DNA from: Gammaproteobacteria bacterium
GTDB taxonomy: Bacteria > Pseudomonadota > Gammaproteobacteria > JAURND01
Assembly: GCA_047601185.1 (NCBI GenBank)
Contig: JASGJS010000001.1
Coordinates: 1,400,308-1,464,307, forward strand
Direction of reading: 5' to 3'
DNA length: 64,000 bases
Made by a program: the position numbers and the translations under genes. Shown here piece by piece: positions 53,406 through 64,000 of the stretch. The notes under the pieces were generated by a model. That model was not told where the DNA came from. It saw only the letters and a list, made by a program, of their open reading frames with translations, and did no database searches. The stretch's first letter is position 1. Every line of letters starts with the position of its first letter.

Positions 53406-54374
53406 TTAGCGAAGATAGGTCGATATTTGTTCCGCCCTATAATGCCCCATCTGCTGGCTGACGGATTCTAACACTTTTTGCCACGTCATGTCTAAACTTT
53501 GCATTTCCTTAACCCGCCATTGCGCAAAGGTATGCCTAAGCCCATGCAGCCCCCTGGAGAACCCCAGAGTAGATTTGGAAGCTTGCGACCACAAATAAGA
53601 CAACTGTAAACCGGCTGGCAAATTGTAATATTGTTTGGTCACTATATTCTCTTGCTTTCGTTCCCGAAAATCGCATGGTATATCCATCCGGTAATAGACC
53701 AGAGCTTTAGCTGTCTCCGATGAAATGGTTGAGGTGTATTCATGACCACCCTTGCCGATAAAATTCACTTGTACCCAATCCTCCCGCCCTGCAAATCGAT
53801 CAGCATGCAGTTTAGATAACCGCGCATTTCTAATAGGCCGTTCCGTCGCCAAACACAGAGACGCAAAATCTTGAGCACGACAGCCTGACTCCAAAATAAT
53901 TTGGGTTGCCAATTGTACCGGCTTGCTGAGGTTTTGTTGAATGGCGATGATTTGTGCTGATGTGTAAGCTCGGCTATTTTGGGGCTTGTCATTAGGATCA
54001 GCACTGCGGGAAGGAACCTCTAATTTGGATACCAATGGCAGGGTCTCTAAAGCTTTGGCATAACCCTGAACAGTTCTGACCCCGATTTTTTCTGCCAGCC
54101 TCTCCCTAATATAGGATTGTGCTTGTTCTGGAGTGATGTCTTTGAGTTTTTTGATGCCATATGTTTTTTGGATAAATTCAGCTGCCCGTCCCAGGTCACC
54201 TTGGTATCGTAGCACGGTACGATCGCTGCGTAACTTGGCACCACTGGCTTTGCTTTTGCCACGATTTGCTTTAGCGGCAATATATTTCTCCGCTTGGACA
54301 CGCATCGAATACTTGGCATGGCCCAAAATTTTGGTCTTATTGGATTGTGATTTAGATGATCCTGGGTGCGACAT
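53406..54374 (-). CDS. Tyrosine-recombinase-domain protein
   Basis: GCRAQD, GKGG, HGLRH, MGH and TYLR motifs. Confidence 0.88.
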   Translation of the reverse strand: MSHPGSSKSQSNKTKILGHAKYSMRVQAEKYIAAKANRGKSKASGAKLRSDRTVLRYQGDLGRAAEFIQKTYGIKKLKDITPEQAQSYIRERLAEKIGVRTVQGYAKALETLPLVSKLEVPSRSADPNDKPQNSRAYTSAQIIAIQQNLSKPVQLATQIILESGCRAQDFASLCLATERPIRNARLSKLHADRFAGREDWVQVNFIGKGGHEYTSTISSETAKALVYYRMDIPCDFRERKQENIVTKQYYNLPAGLQLSYLWSQASKSTLGFSRGLHGLRHTFAQWRVKEMQSLDMTWQKVLESVSQQMGHYRAEQISTYLR

Positions 54375-54864
54375 TGGCTTTTAATTTTTTAATGTAACGT
54401 TGAATGGTCGACTGTGAGACTGAGGCATTGCGAGCGCTCAACAGCCAATATTTAATGTCGCGTTGAGATGCGCCCGAGCTATATAAAGCCCGAACCTCTT
54501 GCCGATATTCATCCAACTTGCAGGTGCCTGGCGCGTGAGGATGTTCTTTAGCTATCGCCCGAAGTTTTTTGACTTGTGTCAGGTCTGCTTCAGCTTGCCG
54601 CGATGTCAGAATTTCGAGAGGTAAGTTTTTGCGCAGCCGCTCGCGTCGTATGCGCTTGATAAGCTTTTGTGGGCTTTCACCTCGAAGCAGTGCATACTGC
54701 AACGCCTGAATTAATTGCCTAAGTTCTGGTGCTTGTGGCGTAGTGCCTAGGCTTTGTGAAACCGTATCCAGGCTTTGATGCAACGCAAAATTTTCGATGG
54801 GCTTGTGGATAAGTGATTCATAAGATGACCCAAATGGCCGATTCAGGGGGGCTGATTCATTCAT
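54352..54864 (-). CDS. HTH protein coupled to the recombinase-like gene
   Basis: KLDEYRQEVRALYSSGASQRDIKYWL..VSQSTIQRYIK. Confidence 0.7.
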   Translation of the reverse strand: MNESAPLNRPFGSSYESLIHKPIENFALHQSLDTVSQSLGTTPQAPELRQLIQALQYALLRGESPQKLIKRIRRERLRKNLPLEILTSRQAEADLTQVKKLRAIAKEHPHAPGTCKLDEYRQEVRALYSSGASQRDIKYWLLSARNASVSQSTIQRYIKKLKANVAPRII

Positions 54865-54923
54865 GCTTTTAAAAATGCCTAAAATTCTTATAGATCAAAT
54901 ATATGGGCACAAAGCAAAATTCC

Positions 54924-54956
54924 AACCCTGACCGCACGGATAGTGCGGTCAGGGTT
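54924..54956. repeat. 14-bp perfect inverted repeat
   Basis: AACCCTGACCGCAC / GTGCGGTCAGGGTT. Confidence 0.8.
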
Positions 54957-55154
54957 TAAAAAAAAACATGGGCTGTTAAGCCCATACGTTACGAGCAAAT
55001 GGTATAAAAGCAATTCGCCGACAATTTGATAGTGCATTCATGTAATCGAGGAGATGAAATTTGTCCCGCAAATGAAGAAATGTTATGATGAAGCGCATAT
55101 TGACATGATCGATGTATAAAACTAAGGATTACCACATAACTGAAGGGCACCATA

Positions 55155-56936
55155 ATGAGCGATGATATAAAAACCGTGCAAATGAAACTTCCGCTTCCTC
55201 AATCCGAATTTATTTATCAAATTCCTAGACCTTTACCATTAGATCCAAAAGCTGTTACAGACCCCAGAGAACAAAACGATCTGGCGGGTTGCTATGTCGA
55301 TGGGGTGGGAGGCGTTAAACAAGATGAAATGTTTGCTGCTAAATTATTCAGAAAAGCAGCTGATCAAAAATTAGCCTCGGCGCAATATAATTTAGGTTTT
55401 TGCTATTATGAAGGAATCGGAGTGGAAAAAGATGTCAAGGAAGCTGCACGATACTACCGGCTAGCGGCTGATCAAGGTTTAGCTATGGCACAAAGTGCTT
55501 TGGGTTCCTGCTACATATTAGGCATTGGTGTGGAAGCAAATTCCCAAGAAGGCGTTCGATTGTATGGTTTAGCAGTAGATCAAGGTCTGGCTAAGGCACA
55601 ATATTATTTAGGTTTCTGTTATGAGCGGGAAATTGGGGTAGAAAAAGATGGAAAGGAAGCGGTTCGTCTATACCAGTTAGCCACTAATCAAGGTTTAGTT
55701 GAGGCGCAGTATAATTTGGCTATCTGCTATTCGCATGGAATTGGAGTAGAACAGGATAAAAAAGAATCTATTCGGCTATGTCGGTTAGCCGCTTATCGAG
55801 GTTCCGCTAGGGCACAATATTATTTAGGTATCTGCTATGCGAATGGAGTCGGGGTAGAAAAGGATGAAGTAGTGGCCGCTCGATTTTATCAGTTAGCAGC
55901 CGAGCAAAGCTTGGCTTCTGCTCAAAATAATTTAGGGGCTTGCTATGAAAGGGGTATTGGAGTAGAAAAAAATGGAAAAGAAGCTATTCGATTATATCGA
56001 TTAGCTGCCGAACAAGGTCTGGCTTCTGCTCAAAATAATTTGGGTATCTGTTATGAAGATGGACTTGAGGTAGAAAAAGATGAAAAAGAGGCTGTTCGAT
56101 TATATCGATTAGCCGCTGGTCAAGATTTGGCTCATGCGCAATACCGTTTAGGTGTCCACTATTATGAAGGAATTGGAGTGGAAAAAGACATAAAAGAAGC
56201 CATTCGATTATATCAGTCAGCAGCTAAGCAGGGTTTTGCTGCCGCTCAAAATGATTTAGCTTTCTGCTATGAGTTTGGAATTGGGGTAGAAAAAGATACA
56301 AAAGAAGCTGTTCGGTTATATCGATTAGCTGCTATGCAAGGTTGGGCTAATGCTCAAAGTAATCTGGGTTTCTGTTATGCCGATGGCGTTGGGATAGCAA
56401 AAGATGAAAAAAAAGCCGTTCGACAATTTCGATTAGCTGCTGATCAAGGTATGATTAAGCCGCAATGTATTTTAGGTACTTTTTATGAGAATGGAATTGG
56501 TGTGCAACCAGATGTAAAAACAGCCATACGCTATTATTTGATGGCAGCAAATGTACCGCAAACCATGCCCACATTAAGTGAGGCAGCCAACATGAAAAAA
56601 GCAGAAGAAAATTTATTAGCGTTGAAAGGAAAATATTATGAATTAATTCCATCCATGATTTTCTCTGTTCTAACCAGAGAAAAACAGACCATTATTTGGC
56701 GAGATGCCTTTTTTAAAAATATGACAGATACAGATCTGAGTTGTGCTCAATATATTGAACACATAAACGAAAGACAAGCGTTGATAGCGCTAGGTTTGAC
56801 TGGTTTTCTCCCAGGGGTTTTACAAGAAATAATAAACCAATATGCTATCGAAGGTCCTAAAAAAGAAATAACAGAGCAGTCTGCTGTTAAAGAACCTAAA
56901 ATAGAACCTACCAAAACCAATTGTTTGATTATGTAA
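55155..56936 (+). CDS. Sel1-like repeat protein with C-terminal CaaX
   Basis: About 12 tandem 36-aa SLR units; ends CLIM. Confidence 0.92.
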   Translation: MSDDIKTVQMKLPLPQSEFIYQIPRPLPLDPKAVTDPREQNDLAGCYVDGVGGVKQDEMFAAKLFRKAADQKLASAQYNLGFCYYEGIGVEKDVKEAARYYRLAADQGLAMAQSALGSCYILGIGVEANSQEGVRLYGLAVDQGLAKAQYYLGFCYEREIGVEKDGKEAVRLYQLATNQGLVEAQYNLAICYSHGIGVEQDKKESIRLCRLAAYRGSARAQYYLGICYANGVGVEKDEVVAARFYQLAAEQSLASAQNNLGACYERGIGVEKNGKEAIRLYRLAAEQGLASAQNNLGICYEDGLEVEKDEKEAVRLYRLAAGQDLAHAQYRLGVHYYEGIGVEKDIKEAIRLYQSAAKQGFAAAQNDLAFCYEFGIGVEKDTKEAVRLYRLAAMQGWANAQSNLGFCYADGVGIAKDEKKAVRQFRLAADQGMIKPQCILGTFYENGIGVQPDVKTAIRYYLMAANVPQTMPTLSEAANMKKAEENLLALKGKYYELIPSMIFSVLTREKQTIIWRDAFFKNMTDTDLSCAQYIEHINERQALIALGLTGFLPGVLQEIINQYAIEGPKKEITEQSAVKEPKIEPTKTNCLIM

Positions 56937-57143
56937 GTAACCTTTTTCCCCTCTCGGAGTTTTCCAGAGGGGCAAATCCGACTATCCCGACTCGACTTGA
57001 ACGGCCCTTTTGGGGTGATAATTAACACGCGTTGTGCCTTCGAACTAAAAGCCCTCAATGTTAACTAAAATTGAATTGGATCAATTGGTTTTTTTGAGAA
57101 AACATGGTAAATTAAGAAGCTATCAGCTAATTTAACATTTGAA

Positions 57144-57924
57144 ATGGATAATCACTCTCCTGAACCAGAAATTGACCAAAAGAAACTTGACCAGCTAGCC
57201 ACAGCTTGGTCTCGTCTGGTCAGCAGTATAATACATGACGTATTAACTCCTTCTCGTCACTATTCAAATGGGTAGCGAGCGTTTATTAAGTCTGTTACCA
57301 AACTTATTAGAGGGGTACCAGCTTGCTGTCGAAAACAAGTTATTGCCAGAAGAGAAAATAGCGCCAAAATCTCTAAAAGCATTAGAGGAGAATATCTTCG
57401 CTTCAATACCCATCGAAGCCAAAAAATCCATAGCATTCTTAAATTGTCTCAGCCCTTACAATAAACAGCTCGTCAATCCTGAAATTCCCGCTTTGTCTAT
57501 TGTGGATGTTGTCCAAAATGCACTTAAAAGATTTTCTGGGCTCAACCAGGATAAATTCATAACGCATTTAGATTTAAAGTATGATTTTAAAATTCAGGTT
57601 GCTCAACCTTTCATCGATTGCTTACTTGACCATTTATTACAGAATAGCTATACAGCAATAAAAAAGGGTAACAAGGGAGAGGTCACGATATTGGCTGAGC
57701 AAGATGCTGGCTACAATGTTCTTCGCTTTCAAGATACTGCTACAGGCATGAATCAAGAAACCTTGGGGCATATTTTTAATAAATTTTTTTCTGTGAGAGA
57801 AAATCAAATTGTGCCAGGTTTAGGCTATTGTCGATTAGCCATTCTGCAAGGCGGCGGAGATATCCTATGCGAAGCTATTGAAGGGGAGTATACAAGATTT
57901 AATATACGCTTTCCAAATTGCTAA
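57144..57924 (+). pseudogene. Histidine kinase (HisKA-HATPase), frameshifted after the H-box
   Basis: ATG 57144 reads ..IIHDVLTP; one extra T near 57251 separates it from LVTIQMG..DTATGM..GLG. Confidence 0.75.
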
Positions 57925-58030
57925 TTTCAATCAAATAATATAGAATATTGCATTTAAGGTGGTGAAAAAGTACTCCCAAAATATGGTTGTGGAGTGCATT
58001 AAGCTGAAAATTCTATATGAGACGGAAGAT

Positions 58031-59086
58031 ATGAGAGAGATTGCACCAAGTTTTTTTAGAGCTTCTAATCGAAAGATACTGCTGTTGATCAATAGCGCGC
58101 CTAAGACGCATAACCGTTGTTATTCTAGCGTTCCTACACTCCCCCTAAGAGATGAGGGCAAGCCCAAGAGAGATGCATTTTTAAGAAAATATGGGCTGCA
58201 TGATCTTAACTTGGTATGGCCGCAAACCGTTAATTCTTCGCAAACTGAGGTGGATTACGTAAAGAAAAATCCGAAGTCTATTAGCCAAATGTATGGTGAA
58301 TCTGATTTATCAAAATTACCCATTTTTCAGGGAGGATTTATCAATTTTGGTTATTGGCCAAACCCGTTCTTTAATGATAGCAAAATCAGCATTGAACAAA
58401 GGATAGAATGCTCTAAAGAGCTATATAGGGTGATCGGCAATCTTGCTGGCATACTAAAACACTATAGTAGTATACTGGAAGTTGGCTGTGGGCTTGGTTA
58501 TGGCACTGCACTTCTTTCACAACAATTTCAACCCAAGTTGGCGATTGGTTTGGATATTTCGCCAGATCAGGTTGCGAGAGCAAAAAAATGCCATGTTTCA
58601 GGTATTAAATCTGGTAAATTGAGATTTACGATAGGTGAGGCTGAAAGTTTGCCATTTGCAGACCATTCCTTCGATAGCGTAATATCAGTAGAAGCAGCAC
58701 AGCATTTTATTTCCATGTCCTCATTCTCAGAAGAGGTTTCCAGGATATTAAAACCCGGTGGAAAACTAGTGATGACAAGTTTCTTTCCTGCAAATAAAGA
58801 AGGTGTTGAGGCATTAAATGCTATCATTCCAGATTATCATGTGCATGGCAGCCAACATACTATTGATGAAATCCAAGGAAAACTTGCTACAAATATGGAA
58901 GGTGTAAAAGTAAAAAGTATTGGAGAAAATGTGTGGGATGGGTTTGCAAAATGGTTAGATCAGATTGGATATCAGCATCAATGGACGAAAATATGGGGAG
59001 CTTTGTACGAAAAAGGATTAATTGACTATGTCATTTATGAAGCGGAAGCGCCAAAAGAAAGTTTACAACTTAAAAGCGGGTTCTAA
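58031..59086 (+). CDS. Class I SAM-dependent methyltransferase
   Basis: INFGYW, LEVGCGLG, LPFADHSFD, EAAQHF and LKPGG motifs; start uncertain (57959 possible). Confidence 0.88.
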   Translation: MREIAPSFFRASNRKILLLINSAPKTHNRCYSSVPTLPLRDEGKPKRDAFLRKYGLHDLNLVWPQTVNSSQTEVDYVKKNPKSISQMYGESDLSKLPIFQGGFINFGYWPNPFFNDSKISIEQRIECSKELYRVIGNLAGILKHYSSILEVGCGLGYGTALLSQQFQPKLAIGLDISPDQVARAKKCHVSGIKSGKLRFTIGEAESLPFADHSFDSVISVEAAQHFISMSSFSEEVSRILKPGGKLVMTSFFPANKEGVEALNAIIPDYHVHGSQHTIDEIQGKLATNMEGVKVKSIGENVWDGFAKWLDQIGYQHQWTKIWGALYEKGLIDYVIYEAEAPKESLQLKSGF

Positions 59087-59111
59087 AAACTGATGTTTAC
59101 AGGATGCAGAA

Positions 59112-61010
59112 ATGAAAAGCTTTGAAGGCGACTATGAAATAGCTATATTAAAAAAAATACTGAACACATTGCCTAGCAGTGTTTACATAAAAGATATTAA
59201 TGGGCGTTATGTCTGGCTAAATAAAAAATCTATCGAACAAGTAACATATAAACATCTGATACCTGAATCAATTATTGGGAAAACAGATCTTGAAGTCTTC
59301 CCAGAAGTTGACGCTATAGAGCTTGCAAAAAATGACCGCATGGTGATGGAGACTCAAAAAGGAATTTGTGTTGAAGAAAATGTTATTTTGCCCAATGGAG
59401 AAAAATTAATACAACTTTCCTTTAAGGAGCCATTATATGATGAAAATGACACTCATTTAATTGGTGTTCTTGGTTATACTCTTGAAATAACTGAGTTAAG
59501 AAAGAAGCAGGATGAAATAACTCAATTAAAACTTGAAAATGAATCTTTAAAAGATCAAGAAAAATTTGCAAAATTAGCCAATCAAGTAGTACACGACATC
59601 CGCTCACCCTTAGCAAGCCTGTTAATGATTGTTAAATCCTGTACTGGAATTCCTGAGGCGGAGCGGATTGCTCTACGCGAAGCTGCGGTCAGCATAGGCG
59701 ATATTGCTAACAATTTGCTCAGTCAATACCAGAAGAAGGCCACAGATATTCCTTCTCAACTTGAGAAGCCGCAATCTATCTTAGTGTCAGCTGTTTTGAT
59801 GCAGTTATTAACAGACAAAAAATATCAGTATCGTGACCTCCCAATCAAATTTGACCATCATATCAATGCTACAAGTTATTTTGCTTTTATTAAGGTTGAA
59901 CCTAGCTCTTTTAAGAGAATGATTTCAAATCTAATTAATAACGCGGTTGATGCCTTTGAAGATAAAACTGGCACGATAATACTTAAATTAGATGCTGACA
60001 ATAGCCAAGTAAAAGTGATTATTCAGGATGATGGTAAAGGTATCCCTCAAGAACTTTTAAAAAAAATTCAAAGCAATGTTGCAGTCACATATGGAAAACA
60101 ATCTGGGCATGGGATTGGATTAACGCAGGTCAGAGAGGCTATAGAAAGAAATCAAGGCCATTTCCATATCGACTCTAAGGTAGGTTTTGGCAGCTCCGTA
60201 ACCCTAACTTTCTCAAGGATTATGGCCCCAAATTGGATTGCTGAAGAAATTGTACTACAAAATGATGATATAGTGGTAATTTTAGATGATGATCCTTCAA
60301 TACATCGCGCATGGGATTCTAGATTTGATAGTATTTTAAGGGAACAAAATTTTGAATGTCCTAAGATAAAAATAGTACATTTTCACATTGGGATAGAGGC
60401 CCTCAATTTTTTGCAAGGGCTATCGAATACAGAGCTCGAAAAAGTGTTTTTATTAACGGATTTCGAGCTATTAAAGCAAGAGATAAACGGACTTGAAGTA
60501 ATAGCAAAAAGTCGAGTAAAGCGGTCCACATTAGTGACCAGCCATTTTGCGGAGCTTAAGCTTCAAGAAGAAATAGTGAATTTAGGCGCAAAAATTTTGC
60601 CAAAGCAGTTGGCTTCAGAGGTAATAATTCAACTTCATGATCCAACCAGTCAAAATGAAATATGCAATCAAAATGCAACTAAAACCGTAGACGCTGTAAT
60701 AGTAGATGATGATGTTAATTTCGTCAAAAACCTTACTTTGTTTGTTTTTGAAGATATCGAAGTGGATACGTACGATAATCCTGAGCAATTCTTAAAAAAT
60801 ATCAAACAATATCCTTTCAATGTTAAAATTTATATGGATAATAACTATTCGACGTCTAATAAAAAAGGGCTAGATATTGCAAAACAACTGCATCAATTAG
60901 GATATAACCGGCTTTATCTACTTTCTGGAGAAACTTTCGATAAGTCCGAGATTCCTCATTTCCTCACTGTAATAAGAAAAGACGACGTTGAAAATATCAG
61001 GAATTCGTAA
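59112..61010 (+). CDS. PAS-domain hybrid histidine kinase with two REC-like domains
   Basis: PAS (YIKD..GRY, IGKTD), HDIRSPL, NLINNA, DDGKGI, GIGL and LDDD/VDDD. Confidence 0.9.
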   Translation: MKSFEGDYEIAILKKILNTLPSSVYIKDINGRYVWLNKKSIEQVTYKHLIPESIIGKTDLEVFPEVDAIELAKNDRMVMETQKGICVEENVILPNGEKLIQLSFKEPLYDENDTHLIGVLGYTLEITELRKKQDEITQLKLENESLKDQEKFAKLANQVVHDIRSPLASLLMIVKSCTGIPEAERIALREAAVSIGDIANNLLSQYQKKATDIPSQLEKPQSILVSAVLMQLLTDKKYQYRDLPIKFDHHINATSYFAFIKVEPSSFKRMISNLINNAVDAFEDKTGTIILKLDADNSQVKVIIQDDGKGIPQELLKKIQSNVAVTYGKQSGHGIGLTQVREAIERNQGHFHIDSKVGFGSSVTLTFSRIMAPNWIAEEIVLQNDDIVVILDDDPSIHRAWDSRFDSILREQNFECPKIKIVHFHIGIEALNFLQGLSNTELEKVFLLTDFELLKQEINGLEVIAKSRVKRSTLVTSHFAELKLQEEIVNLGAKILPKQLASEVIIQLHDPTSQNEICNQNATKTVDAVIVDDDVNFVKNLTLFVFEDIEVDTYDNPEQFLKNIKQYPFNVKIYMDNNYSTSNKKGLDIAKQLHQLGYNRLYLLSGETFDKSEIPHFLTVIRKDDVENIRNS

Positions 61011-61231
61011 TCATATGACAAGGCTGGCATTAGCTCTCACCTTTTTCTAGCTTCCTGGGCTAAAAGTAGTAAGAGAAGTCATTCTTTTACTTTGTTCTGG
61101 TAATGCGTATAATAGATTCAAATTTAGGCAAAATGAACTTGAATGCTATAAAATTTGTCAAATTCAGTGATTTATTCGCCTAGATTGTATTTTATTTTCA
61201 TAATTTATTGAATACTGTTGGAGGAAGCTCC

Positions 61232-62233
61232 ATGAGAGCAAGTCGAGTTAGTCTTTGTTATTATCCAACCACTGTTATATTGGTAGATGACCAGAAAAAC
61301 TTCTTAGACTCTGTATCGATGGGGTTAAAAGAGTCTATTCCTCATAAGTGCTATACTGATCCGCATGCAGTGATTGAATTTTTTAAAAACTACAAACCCG
61401 ATCACTTCATTAATCATTGCGTAACTTTCGATGAAGACAGTGCTCAAGTCAATCTGTTAGTCAGGCAGGTGAGTTTACAGGATATCCATAGCGAAATATA
61501 CAATTCTGATCGTTTTAAACAAATATCGCTATTAGTCGCGGATTATTTTATGCCTGGTCGTAACGGGCTTGAATGTTGCGACGCAATTTCTGATAAATTT
61601 ATTCAGAAACTACTTTTAACGGGAGACGCTCAAGACGACTTGGCTATTGAGGCTTTCAATAAAAAGCGTATTAACCAATTTATCCGAAAAGGAACCTCTA
61701 ATTTAACCCAAGTTTTAAATGATAGAATTGAAGAGTTACAATTGAATTATTTTCTACAGTTATCGGATTATCTCCGAGGGACAATGAGTAATAATGATGA
61801 CGAGTATGTTCTAGGAATTCTAGATGATCCTATTTTTGCTCGATTTTTCTATGATTTATGCGAAGAAAATCAGATTGTTGAATATTACATACTAGACAAT
61901 CAAGGCAGTTTTCTATTGTTGGACGATAAAGCTCAAGCCTATTGGTTGTTGGTAAAAGACGAGGTTGAAATGCAAAGCCTAAGTGAGTTTGCCAAAATGG
62001 AGGAAGCCCTCCCTTCATTGATAAGCGCCCTAGAGACCCGATCGCATTTACCTTATTTCCACACTGACGAAGACTTACAGACTCCGGCCAAATGGGAAGC
62101 CTATTTACACCCAGCCACTCTATTAGAAGGGAAGCAAAAATATTACTACAGTTTTTTAACTGACGTATCGTTTAAAGGGGTAGAGTCTAAACACATTGTT
62201 TCTTTACAACAATATCTTAAAACTACCGCTTAG
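61232..62233 (+). CDS. lqsR: LqsR-like response regulator
   Basis: CYYPTTVILVDD, DYFMPG, LLTG and IVEYY..GSFLLLD, as in Legionella LqsR; GGAGG RBS. Confidence 0.7.
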   Translation: MRASRVSLCYYPTTVILVDDQKNFLDSVSMGLKESIPHKCYTDPHAVIEFFKNYKPDHFINHCVTFDEDSAQVNLLVRQVSLQDIHSEIYNSDRFKQISLLVADYFMPGRNGLECCDAISDKFIQKLLLTGDAQDDLAIEAFNKKRINQFIRKGTSNLTQVLNDRIEELQLNYFLQLSDYLRGTMSNNDDEYVLGILDDPIFARFFYDLCEENQIVEYYILDNQGSFLLLDDKAQAYWLLVKDEVEMQSLSEFAKMEEALPSLISALETRSHLPYFHTDEDLQTPAKWEAYLHPATLLEGKQKYYYSFLTDVSFKGVESKHIVSLQQYLKTTA

Positions 62234-62265
62234 ATTTCTAAACGACCTCAAAAACTTATTTAAGA

Positions 62266-63588
62266 TCAGATTTTAGCCGTTCTTCGTCGAGATTGTTGTT
62301 GTCTGGGCTCAATTTTTTTAGGCTTAGTTTCCTTGGCTTTGGGGTTAATACTGCTAGACATACTTTTTCCTAGAACTTCTGTAGAAGTGGAAGTTTTAGC
62401 TGTTGTGTATTCTATACCATATAATTTCGCTGTATCATAAGCAGCTTGAGTGACTTGTTGAGCTGCCGCTAAAGCAGTATCACTGGCTTTTTGAAAATAT
62501 TTTTGTCCCGTTCCAAAAAATCCTTTAGTCAGATCTATACTTAAAGCTCCATAAGCCGATTCAAAGGCTGCCTCAGCATACCCTTTTGGACCCTCTTTTT
62601 TCTCATGGAACGCTGCTATTTCAACAAATTCATCTTCTTCTGTAGATTCCTTGGATATGGCGGAGCTACCATCATATGATTTCGATCTGTCATGACTTTC
62701 TCTTTTTTTATTTTTATAGTATTCTGGGCTTTTAGTCTTCGAAAATGCTTTTTGCACTTCCCATAAATTTTGACTATCGTCTTTACTTATGGCTATACCA
62801 AGATTTTTTAAAAATTCTCTTCTAATGGCCCTACCTCTTTCGTTATTCTCATGTAAGAATTCAGGAATAAGCGCAGGATAATAATTGTCATGTGTCTCTC
62901 CATAATCGATAGGGGGGATATCAGCATACCAATTCTTTCCAAGTACCATAAGATTACGAATAGCTTTGAATGCTGCGGTACAGTTTTGACAGCATTTTTT
63001 TGAAACACCTATATAGTAACTACCCATAACATGCGATGTTTTTTTCATCAGAAGATAATCTAAAATTTTCATTTCAGCATGTAGCGGAGGTGCATTTTTG
63101 GAGCGTACTAAACTAGGAAACGTACATCTTCTCCCACCTTCTCTAATCGCTTCACTGAGTTCTATTGGAAATGCCTTCTCTTTATGTGGCCTTAGGTATG
63201 AATAAACTATTGATCGAGTGACTTTGTTTAGTGAATCTTTAAAAAAATTTTTGTAATTTTTATTGTCTTTTATTAAAAGTTTTACTGTTTCATTGGCTTT
63301 CGCTGTAAGCTTCTTTTTGCCAAAATCAAAATAGTGATACATAGTATAGTCTTTTTGGTATTTTTCTCCAGACTCCTTGAGCTGATGACTTTTTCTGGCA
63401 ACAAATTTCAAATATTTCAGGACCTCTTCTGCCATATAACTTTTTTCATCAGAATTAGTGGCCAATAGCAATTTCTCTCCATCAAAACATGCTGCCGCGC
63501 ATTGATCATTAGCGCGAATTAGGGCGGCTATAGAATCAAGCCGTCTTTCTTGGATGGGCCTCTCTGGCCTAGCTGTTCCCATATTCAT
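62266..63588 (-). CDS. Nucleic-acid deaminase-like toxin/effector (OTT_1508-like)
   Basis: HAEMKILDYL and YIGVSKKCCQNC zinc motifs; start uncertain. Confidence 0.75.
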   Translation of the reverse strand: MNMGTARPERPIQERRLDSIAALIRANDQCAAACFDGEKLLLATNSDEKSYMAEEVLKYLKFVARKSHQLKESGEKYQKDYTMYHYFDFGKKKLTAKANETVKLLIKDNKNYKNFFKDSLNKVTRSIVYSYLRPHKEKAFPIELSEAIREGGRRCTFPSLVRSKNAPPLHAEMKILDYLLMKKTSHVMGSYYIGVSKKCCQNCTAAFKAIRNLMVLGKNWYADIPPIDYGETHDNYYPALIPEFLHENNERGRAIRREFLKNLGIAISKDDSQNLWEVQKAFSKTKSPEYYKNKKRESHDRSKSYDGSSAISKESTEEDEFVEIAAFHEKKEGPKGYAEAAFESAYGALSIDLTKGFFGTGQKYFQKASDTALAAAQQVTQAAYDTAKLYGIEYTTAKTSTSTEVLGKSMSSSINPKAKETKPKKIEPRQQQSRRRTAKI

Positions 63589-64000
63589 TTTCCCATAATA
63601 ATTTAATAGCCACGTAATTATGTACTTATGCGCTGTTTTAGTCGATGCTATTTTTAGGCCAATTAGGCGAGCAGAAAGATTTTTGATAAAAAACAGTCTG
63701 ATAGGTTCGGCAGATAGGGGGGATGATAAAATCCAGCCAGGCTTCTTAATCACTTAAGATTAAAGATTGGCGGTAAGGCATCATGCTCCTTAAAAATGCC
63801 TTACCTCAACCTACCTTTGCCGGCTTATCATCCCACCTCTAAAACATTACCCGTCCAACGGGCGTACGACAACCAATGGCTATCAGCCTTCCACAGCCCA
63901 TAGCTGCAGGCAAAGGATTTAATGATAGGGTTGGCTTGACCTGCGAGAAGGCAGGAAATTACGCCGGATGAGCAGAAAATGCAGAAAAGTGTTTTACGCC

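Noticed and set aside
63772-64000. Riboswitch or structured RNA at the window end
   Set aside because: A hairpin is present (63772-63805, REP-like), but no recognisable consensus, and the context is cut off.

Overview
Bacterial chromosome segment, probably a Legionellales/Coxiellaceae-like host-associated gammaproteobacterium (inferred from Sel1/ankyrin/CaaX effector-like genes and an LqsR-like regulator). Bases 1-25.7 kb are mostly core genes: nrdA, two APC permeases, cystathionine beta-synthase/gamma-lyase, murC, tRNA-Ser, uvrY-uvrC-pgsA-tRNA-Gly, zapE, holB, ispZ, bolA and a site-2 protease. They are interspersed with a RAYT transposase, its REP/REPIN family and other palindromic repeats. 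A 13.4-kb integrative element sits in tRNA-Ile2(CAT), bounded by 47-bp att repeats (25745-25791 and 39110-39156). It carries a P4-like integrase, an AlpA-like protein, a DUF927 helicase, a YhcG nuclease and a DRT2-type antiviral reverse transcriptase. The RT's upstream ncRNA contains a hidden 138-nt template: head-to-tail cDNA repeats would create a sigma70 promoter and a stop-free 46-aa-repeat ORF. From 39 kb onward is a second accessory region rich in IS elements (IS3 family, IS66, IS5). It holds ArdA, a second tyrosine-recombinase module, CaaX-tailed effector-like genes, a kinase/methyltransferase/LqsR-like cluster and a deaminase-like toxin. All assignments come from reading motifs by eye; no searches were run.
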